64,000 nt of DNA from Candidatus Shapirobacteria bacterium. GTDB lineage: Bacteria; Patescibacteriota; Microgenomatia; UBA12405. The notes under the pieces are model-generated. The model was not told where the DNA came from. It ran no database searches and worked only from the letters and a program-made list of their open reading frames with translations. The stretch spans positions 222,679-286,678 of the forward strand of contig JAQWEN010000001.1 in the NCBI GenBank assembly GCA_028704885.1, given 5' to 3'. Below are positions 57,746 through 64,000 of this stretch, piece by piece. Position 1 is the stretch's first letter; every line of letters starts with the position of its first letter. The position numbers and the translations under genes are program-made.

Positions 57746-58305
57746 GCTTTAGATTTTACAAGAAGAAAAAGGAAAATAGTGAAGAGAATAATAAAAACTA
57801 TCAAATATTTTTTTAGAAATTTGATTGGCAATTGTTTTTCTTCTCGGGCAAAAAGCCAATCTTGAAGAAATTTGGGATTTTTGAAATAATCTTTAATTTC
57901 ATCGGTTAATAAATGTAAATTTACAGCTAAGAGAAAAGAAAGAATAAAGGTGTTTGAATAAGAATTGAAGATAAAAAAAGATATTAAAGTAAGTCCAATT
58001 TGAAAAAAATAATGATGAAAAATTAAATTATTATGACTAGATCTGGCAGCTTTAATTAATTTATATACTGATTTGAAATCCTTGTTTTCGATGGTGGTTT
58101 TAACAATTCGACTTTCATCGGTGTTGGGTTTGCGATAAAACCAATAAATAATATGGTCAATATCTAAGAAAAAAGTGCCTAAAATTAGGCCAACTAAAAG
58201 ATAAATAATTTCAATATTAGAAACACCAAAGACAACCCAAAAAAGGGAAACTATTATAAAAACAACAAAAGCTGGTAATAGACGAAAAAGTAAATCTCGT
58301 TTCAC
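57742..58305 (-). CDS. hypothetical polytopic membrane protein
   Basis: 4-5 TM helices; the start overlaps the upstream ORF (ATGA). Confidence 0.35.
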   Translation of the reverse strand: MKRDLLFRLLPAFVVFIIVSLFWVVFGVSNIEIIYLLVGLILGTFFLDIDHIIYWFYRKPNTDESRIVKTTIENKDFKSVYKLIKAARSSHNNLIFHHYFFQIGLTLISFFIFNSYSNTFILSFLLAVNLHLLTDEIKDYFKNPKFLQDWLFAREEKQLPIKFLKKYLIVFIILFTIFLFLLVKSKA

Positions 58306-58328
58306 TAATTAATGATAGCAGATTGGTT

Positions 58329-59552
58329 TTACTCATATCTAAGGGCTTCGATGGGAGAAAGTTTAGAAGCTTTACGAGCTGGAGCAACACCAAAGATAAT
58401 ACCGACGGCAGAAGAAACACCAAAGGCCAAAAGAATGGAAGAAATGGTAATTTTGGCGGGAAAGAAACTGTTAATAGCAACGGTGCCAAGGCTACCAAGA
58501 ATGACACCGACCAAACCGCCAAAACAAGAAAGAATAACGGCTTCAATTAAAAATTGAATAAGAATAGCTCGAGGATAAGCACCAATAGCTTTTCGGAGAC
58601 CGATTTCGCGAGTGCGTTCAGTGACAGAAACTAACATAATATTCATAATGCCAACTCCGCCAACAACCAAGGAAATAGCAGCAATACCAGTAAGGGCAAT
58701 GGTTAAAACACTAATAATGGAATTAATAGAACTTAAAAGTTGAGAACTGTCAAAAACAGAAAAGGCATCAGAATCATATTTTTCTAACATGACTTTAGTG
58801 ATTTCTTTTTTAGTAGAGGCAATTAAATCTTTATTAGGAGCTTTAACCACAAAAGTATTAATATTGTCGTTACCAGCTAGATCAGAAACAACCGAAAATG
58901 GGGCATAAACAGCATCATCGACACTTGGTCCACCCATAGAAGCACCTTTTTGATCAACAACGCCGATTACTTTTAGAGTTTTACCTTTGATAATAACTTT
59001 TTTGCCGATAGCGGTTGATTTGGGAAAAAGAGTTTGAGCAATTTTGTAGCCCAAAACAACGACAGGAGTTTTTTTATCATTTTCTTCATTGGTAAACCAA
59101 TGGCCATTACCATCAGATGGAACCACATTATTACTTTTACCGTATTCTTCGGTTGAGCCGTCAATTTCAGTAGTTTTTTTAATAGCGTAACTTGACTTGA
59201 TATCAGCATAAGCAGCATTGACGGGCATAATGATAGTGTTTTTAAGTTTTCGGTTAAGAAGATTAAAATCTTTTTGGGTAAAACTAGTGGTCATAGCTGT
59301 AGTCATACTGCTTTGAGAAAAACCACCATTATCATTAAAAATTTTACCTGGACTAATAAAAATAGAATTGGCACCGAGAGCGTCAAATTGTTGGGTGACA
59401 TAGTTTTTAAGACCGTTACCAATAGAGGTGAGTAAAATGACAGAGGTAACACCGATAATAATTCCAAGTGAAGTTAAAATTGTTCGGCTTTTGTTTTTTA
59501 AAATCGATCGAAAACTGGATCTTAGAAGATCACTAAATGAAGGTTTGAGCAT
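58329..59552 (-). CDS. ABC transporter permease, MacB/FtsX family
   Basis: N-terminal TM, a large periplasmic MacB_PCD-like domain, and a C-terminal FtsX 3-TM bundle (RTREIGLRKAIGA). Confidence 0.75.
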   Translation of the reverse strand: MLKPSFSDLLRSSFRSILKNKSRTILTSLGIIIGVTSVILLTSIGNGLKNYVTQQFDALGANSIFISPGKIFNDNGGFSQSSMTTAMTTSFTQKDFNLLNRKLKNTIIMPVNAAYADIKSSYAIKKTTEIDGSTEEYGKSNNVVPSDGNGHWFTNEENDKKTPVVVLGYKIAQTLFPKSTAIGKKVIIKGKTLKVIGVVDQKGASMGGPSVDDAVYAPFSVVSDLAGNDNINTFVVKAPNKDLIASTKKEITKVMLEKYDSDAFSVFDSSQLLSSINSIISVLTIALTGIAAISLVVGGVGIMNIMLVSVTERTREIGLRKAIGAYPRAILIQFLIEAVILSCFGGLVGVILGSLGTVAINSFFPAKITISSILLAFGVSSAVGIIFGVAPARKASKLSPIEALRYE

Positions 59553-60259
59553 TATTTTTCCTCCAATATTTTACCGTCTTTAATAATAATGGTGCGGTTA
59601 GCTTGTTTGGCCAGATCCATGTCGTGGGTAACAAAAATAATGGTTCTCCCCTCTTTTTCGTTTAACTGATGAAAAAATTTCATGACTTCAGCTCCGGATT
59701 TACTGTCAAGATTACCAGTAGGTTCATCGGCAAGAATTATTTGAGGATTGTTGATTAAAGCTCTGGCGATGGCGACCCGTTGTTGTTGACCACCAGAAAG
59801 TTGAGCAGGAGTGTTAGAAGCTTTATTTTCAAGTCCTACTTTGATTAACATTTCTATTCCCATTTGATGTCTGACGTTTTTAGGAACATCTGAATAAAGA
59901 AGAGGTAATAAGACATTTTCAAGAGAAGATGTTTTGGCTAATAAATTGAATTGTTGGAAAACAAAACCTAAAGTAACATTTCTAATTTGAGCTAACTGAT
60001 GTTCTTTGAGTCGAGAAATGTTTTTGCCGTTTAATAAAACTTCACCGGAAGTGGGGTTATCAAGAAGACCAACAATATGCATTAAAGTTGATTTACCAGA
60101 TCCTGAGGGACCAGTAATAGAAACAAATTCGCCTTGATGAATTTTTAAACTAACGTTATCCAGGGCGGTAAAACAATTGGTCCCAGTGGCGTAGGTTTTA
60201 GTAATATTTTTTAATTCCAAAATAACATTGGAATTATTTTTTGATGACGATTTGGTCAT
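59552..60259 (-). CDS. ABC transporter ATP-binding protein (MacB/LolD type)
   Basis: Walker A GPSGSGKST, Q-loop, signature LSGGQQQRVAIARAL, Walker B ILADEPTGNLD, and an H-loop. Confidence 0.85.
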   Translation of the reverse strand: MTKSSSKNNSNVILELKNITKTYATGTNCFTALDNVSLKIHQGEFVSITGPSGSGKSTLMHIVGLLDNPTSGEVLLNGKNISRLKEHQLAQIRNVTLGFVFQQFNLLAKTSSLENVLLPLLYSDVPKNVRHQMGIEMLIKVGLENKASNTPAQLSGGQQQRVAIARALINNPQIILADEPTGNLDSKSGAEVMKFFHQLNEKEGRTIIFVTHDMDLAKQANRTIIIKDGKILEEK

Positions 60260-61265
60260 TTTCAGTAATTCCTTCTAAAATTTCAACTTCAGTGTCAGTT
60301 TCGATTCCTATCTTGACAGTTTTTTTAATGATTTTTTTATTTTGATCGATAGTAAGGACATAATTTTGATCTTGTTCTTGAGAAATTGCTTCAATAGGTA
60401 AGGTTAAGGCATTAGAAATTTCTTTTAAAATAATATCGACATCGCCGTCCATACCTAAACGGTAAAGTAAATCTTCATTTTCTTTTGGTAATTCAAATCG
60501 AACTTCATAAACAGTTGAACTTTCTCCAATAACAGGAATAAAGGAAATATAAGTGATTTTTGATTCGAAAACTTTATCAGGAAAACTGTCGATAATAATT
60601 TTAGCCTTGTCGCCGACTTTAATTTTAACTACATCTTCTTGATCAATTTTAGATTTGAAATAAATACTTTGAGGATCAACGACAGAAATAATATTATTGG
60701 CCGGAGTAACATTAATTCCAGAATCTGGTTGATCAACAGCGACGACAATACCAGAGATTGGACTGAATAGATTAGAGTATTTAATGGCTAAATCACCTAA
60801 TTCATAACTGGCGACAGAATTATTAAGAGTGTTTTGTGATCTTTCAAGAATTCTTTTGATTTCAGTAGTAATGACAGAATCTTTATATTGATCGTTAGTG
60901 TCGTAAAAACTGGAGGATGTAGTTTTGTAATTATTGAAATCAATTTCAAGTTGTTTTTTTAATAAATCTTTATTGAGGCTGGCAACTGATTGATATTTTT
61001 TAACTTTATCGCCAACTTTGACTCCAATCCAGGCTAATTGGCCACTGGTTTGAAATTTTAATTCAGCCTTGGAAGCAGCATTGATTGATCCAGCCAAAGT
61101 TATGACTTCGGTTAAATTCTTTTTTTCAGGATTAATTAAAGTTTCAGTTTTGGAGTTAAATTTTTGACTGTCGTTTTTAGCTTTGATTTTAAAGCCAATA
61201 AATAAGGCAATTAAAATAACAACAACGACAATAATAATTTTGAAATGTTTTTTGAAAAATGACAT
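60234..61265 (-). CDS. periplasmic adaptor (membrane fusion protein, HlyD/MacA-like)
   Basis: N-terminal TM, a coiled-coil hairpin and beta-barrel/lipoyl segments. Forms an operon with the ABC genes. Confidence 0.7.
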   Translation of the reverse strand: MSFFKKHFKIIIVVVVILIALFIGFKIKAKNDSQKFNSKTETLINPEKKNLTEVITLAGSINAASKAELKFQTSGQLAWIGVKVGDKVKKYQSVASLNKDLLKKQLEIDFNNYKTTSSSFYDTNDQYKDSVITTEIKRILERSQNTLNNSVASYELGDLAIKYSNLFSPISGIVVAVDQPDSGINVTPANNIISVVDPQSIYFKSKIDQEDVVKIKVGDKAKIIIDSFPDKVFESKITYISFIPVIGESSTVYEVRFELPKENEDLLYRLGMDGDVDIILKEISNALTLPIEAISQEQDQNYVLTIDQNKKIIKKTVKIGIETDTEVEILEGITENDQIVIKK

Positions 61266-61291
61266 AGAGATACTATTATACTACAGACAGG

Positions 61292-61585
61292 CTATTTCTT
61301 CTCTTTTCTTAATTCCTTTAACTTCCACATAAAAAGTTTATATGGAGTTTTGATGGTACCGGGATTTTGATCTTTAACAAAATAACGGGCTTTTTCCAAA
61401 ATATCTCTGGGAGTATTTTTAGCCAATCGAAGGTAGAGAGAACGATTTTTCCAATCATCTAATTCCTTGGCAAGATCTAAACCATAGGCTTGAAATTCAT
61501 TTTTGACATATTTACCTCTTTTTTCTAAAGTTTCTTTAAATTTAAATAATTGATCACTAATTAATGTTGGTTGATTTTTGGTCAT
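61292..61585 (-). CDS. hypothetical small basic protein
   Basis: 97 aa; the start overlaps the PAP2 gene's stop. Confidence 0.3.
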   Translation of the reverse strand: MTKNQPTLISDQLFKFKETLEKRGKYVKNEFQAYGLDLAKELDDWKNRSLYLRLAKNTPRDILEKARYFVKDQNPGTIKTPYKLFMWKLKELRKEKK

Positions 61586-63111
61586 TTGTCTTGGAGATAT
61601 AGGATGTAAGCTTGGCCGTCGGTTAGGAAATTATTACCGCTTTTTTTAGTACCATAACTTAAACCAGTCATATCGATTTTTTCAGATGATTTAACGAAAC
61701 CATTTTTTTCGAGATCAGACTTAAGTTCTTCTCTTTCTTTGTCGACAATTAATTCAGTGCTATGGATTGGTAAAATTAAAAAGCCTTTCTTTTGAATTGA
61801 TTGATCAAAATGAGCGGTACCGACCCAGATTGATTGACCATCTGGAGTGATAAAAGAAGTTTCCCAAAAATGAATGTGATGACGGGAACTGGCTAGATTT
61901 TCAAGGGTGGGTTTACCAAAACCAATATCGTTGGAACGAGTGTCCCAAAAAACGGGAAGACCGGGAGTAGTAGGATAAGACTCTTTTTTAATAACAGCTT
62001 CGACTATTTTTAAACTAGTTTTAAGACTGATTTTATCTAATAAAAACCAACCAGAACTAACAAAGGCTTTATTTAAAGTTTCTTGATTGGCAATAACAAT
62101 TATATTAATTGGTTCGGCGGGAGCACCAGTTATAGTTTCGCTGATTTTTGGTAGATTAGCGAATAATTTATTATCGATTTGGTTTGTTTGAATAATGGTT
62201 TTTGGATTAGAAATAACATCTATTTGTTTTAATGGATGGGTTAAATAAAAACGTCTAATGAAAATGAAAAACAAAACAATAAGCAAAAGACTAATTTTGA
62301 CAACAGTTTTATGTTTTAGATGAGGCGGATGAATAATTTTAGGGTTGAATTTTTTCTTAATATGAGAAATAGTAATAATGAGAGTTAACCAAGCTAGGCC
62401 AGAGGCAAAACTGGCTAAAACATCTGATGGCCAATGGGCACCAAGATAAATTCTGGAAGCTCCTATTAATAGAATAAGAATTATTCCTAAAACTAAAGTT
62501 AAAATTTTAAGCCATTTTCTTTTTAAGCTTTCGAAGATAAAAAAGGTAATTAGGCCATAAAAGGCTATAGCGACAAAACTGTGACCACTAGGAAAACTAT
62601 AACTATTTTCAATAACAAGAGATTCGGCTAATGGAGGGCGTGGTCTTTCGATAATATTTTTAATAATCCAAACAAAAAGTTCACCACCAAGGACAAAAAT
62701 TAAAAGGCTTCGAAAATAAGACCATTTGCGAAGTAAAAATAAAATAATTAGAGAAAAAATAACAGCTACGGTTATAATTTCGCCTTTAGCCAAATAGGTA
62801 ATAAAAAGCATGAATTGATTGACGCCTGGGCTGCGAAAATGACTAACTAGATTTATGATTCTGGGGTCAGCTCGAACTAAAGGGTCTTGACCAATATAGT
62901 CTTGGATAATACCGAAAAATAAATAGATAAAGAAAAAGGTAATTAAACTGCCAATGGTTAAATAAAGACCGTATTTTTCGCTGGGGGTAAGGCGTTTTTT
63001 AATAAAATTAAAAAAACGAGGATATTTGTGGCGGAGACGTTGAACTTCAGGATCATTTTTGATGCCGTGACCAACTGATTTAAAAACTGATTTAAATATA
63101 TTTTTCACCAT
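61582..63111 (-). CDS. PAP2-family membrane phosphatase with a C-terminal extracytoplasmic domain
   Basis: PAP2 motifs KxxxxxxRP (IIERPRPPL), PSGH (SFPSGHSF) and SRxxxxxHxxxD (ASRIYLGAHWPSDVL), plus a C-terminal domain of about 250 aa. Confidence 0.6.
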   Translation of the reverse strand: MVKNIFKSVFKSVGHGIKNDPEVQRLRHKYPRFFNFIKKRLTPSEKYGLYLTIGSLITFFFIYLFFGIIQDYIGQDPLVRADPRIINLVSHFRSPGVNQFMLFITYLAKGEIITVAVIFSLIILFLLRKWSYFRSLLIFVLGGELFVWIIKNIIERPRPPLAESLVIENSYSFPSGHSFVAIAFYGLITFFIFESLKRKWLKILTLVLGIILILLIGASRIYLGAHWPSDVLASFASGLAWLTLIITISHIKKKFNPKIIHPPHLKHKTVVKISLLLIVLFFIFIRRFYLTHPLKQIDVISNPKTIIQTNQIDNKLFANLPKISETITGAPAEPINIIVIANQETLNKAFVSSGWFLLDKISLKTSLKIVEAVIKKESYPTTPGLPVFWDTRSNDIGFGKPTLENLASSRHHIHFWETSFITPDGQSIWVGTAHFDQSIQKKGFLILPIHSTELIVDKEREELKSDLEKNGFVKSSEKIDMTGLSYGTKKSGNNFLTDGQAYILYLQDK

Positions 63112-63112
63112 G

Positions 63113-63183
63113 TGGACCTAGGCGGACTCGAACCGCCAACGACTCAGTGCGACTGAGCTGTTTTACCATTAGACTATGGGCCC
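63113..63183 (-). tRNA. tRNA-Ala (anticodon CGC) with a G3:U70 pair; atypical (two stem mismatches)
   Basis: Reverse complement is GGGCCCATAGTCTAATGGTAAAACAGCTCAGTCGCACTGAGTCGTTGGCGGTTCGAGTCCGCCTAGGTCC+A. T-arm GGCGG-TTCGAGT-CCGCC; anticodon loop GTCGCAC; G3:U70 wobble; C6-A67 and one D-stem mismatch. Confidence 0.5.
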
Positions 63184-63196
63184 TTTTAATTAGATT

Positions 63197-63733
63197 TTAG
63201 ATCGTAGAGGTTAGATCATCGATCTTTTTAATTATTTCTGGGGTGATGTTATTTATTACAACTAACTCTTCTTTTGAAAAAGGTTGAAGAACATAATCTT
63301 CAACGGGAATATTATTTTGGGATTTACCAATGCCGATTCTAATACGGTTAAATTGTTGAGTGTTTAAATTTTCAATGATAGATTTGATGCCATTGTGGCC
63401 GGCTGGTCCACGATCGAATTGGATTTTATATTCGCCGACTGGTAAATCGAGATCATCATGAATTATATAAATGTCACTTGGGGAAATTTTATAAAAATTG
63501 GCAATTTTTTGAACGGTCAAACCAGAATTATTCATGTAGTCGGTAGAGATAGCAAAAATATTTTTATTAATCCCCTGCCCGGTTTCACAAATTTGAGCTA
63601 ATAAAGAAGATTTTTCAGAGAATGAATTATTTAATTCGGATTTAACATAATTGATGATTATGTTTTGGCCTAAATTATGGCGAGTATTTTGATATTTTTT
63701 ATCAGGATTGCCTAAACCAACGATTAGTTTCAT
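63197..63733 (-). CDS. pth: peptidyl-tRNA hydrolase
   Basis: MKLIVGLGNPDKKYQNTRHNLG is the Pth signature. The internal Met at 63733 is preferred over the track start at 63763. Confidence 0.85.
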   Translation of the reverse strand: MKLIVGLGNPDKKYQNTRHNLGQNIIINYVKSELNNSFSEKSSLLAQICETGQGINKNIFAISTDYMNNSGLTVQKIANFYKISPSDIYIIHDDLDLPVGEYKIQFDRGPAGHNGIKSIIENLNTQQFNRIRIGIGKSQNNIPVEDYVLQPFSKEELVVINNITPEIIKKIDDLTSTI

Positions 63734-63835
63734 AAGATATTCTATCATCGATAAATGATGCAATTTGTTATAGATAGATGCTTATTTATACCCTAAAGTA
63801 AGGGAAAAGTAAAATGAGTAGTTATTTTAGCAGTC

Positions 63836-64000
63836 TTAACGTTCGACTGCTAATGATTCAAATTCAATTTCTGATATTATTTTTGTACCAAACTTGCGGG
63901 CATTTATAAATTTACTAGAGTTAGATTCTTCTTCATTGGTAATTAAATAGTTGGTATTAGAAGAAACTGATGAAGATATTTGGCCTCCCAAGGAGATTAT
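63836..64000 (-). CDS. ligA: C-terminal BRCT-domain fragment of a gene continuing beyond the window (probably NAD-dependent DNA ligase)
   Basis: Manual translation of the minus strand gives ...GGQISSSVSSNTNYLITNEEESNSSKFINARKFGTKIISEIEFESLAVER-stop. This matches the LigA BRCT pattern (G.KVsgSVSkKTdyvVaGe.aGSKl.KA.eLGi.ii.E.ef). Confidence 0.4.
   Translation of the reverse strand: MISLGGQISSSVSSNTNYLITNEEESNSSKFINARKFGTKIISEIEFESLAVER

Overview
The window is a gene-dense, low-GC (about 33 percent) bacterial chromosome segment that looks like a Candidate Phyla Radiation (Patescibacteria-like) genome. It has small genes, many ribosomal proteins, extensions on conserved proteins and minimal biosynthesis. 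The genetic code appears standard: the TGA stop of mreB overlaps the mrdA start as ATGA, so this is not code 25. I can support about 75 CDS, 6 tRNAs (Ser-TGA, Thr-GGT, Thr-TGT, His-GTG with encoded G-1 and CCA, Leu-CAA, Ala-CGC), three rho-independent terminators and a recurring GGTATAAT extended -10 promoter motif that often sits 6-8 nt from the ATG. No rRNA and no CRISPR array were found. Housekeeping genes that are clear from motifs include dCMP deaminase, hpf, rpmG, rpmB, fmt/def (divergent), mreB-mrdA, topA, rpsB-tsf-frr-rseP, rpsU-yqeY, dnaX-ybaB-recR, cysS, rpsF-ssb-rpsR, ctpA, htrA, rpmE, hisS, dnaB, lspA-rluD, yebC, pta, xerC/D-like recombinase, gyrB-gyrA, epmA-epmB, a MacAB-like efflux operon and pth. 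The most interesting region is a cluster at about 21.5-25.3 kb. It encodes a large Cys-rich secreted protein with a C-terminal dockerin-like module, two cohesin-like proteins (one with a C-terminal LPQTG sortase signal) and a FN3-like protein with a canonical double dockerin repeat. I read this as a putative cohesin-dockerin (cellulosome-like) cell-surface docking system. Other findings: two short dispersed repeat families that occur in-frame inside fmt, def, yebC and a Wzy-like gene; an RF1 homolog lacking N-terminal domain 1; a 28-nt perfect palindrome between fmt and def; an 880-nt structured non-coding region plus CCTATAGT repeats flanking the recombinase gene; a degenerate YbeY; an N-terminally truncated LspA; a HEPN-like plus membrane protein pair; and an unannotated 33-aa Lys/Ala-rich ORF with a strong RBS.
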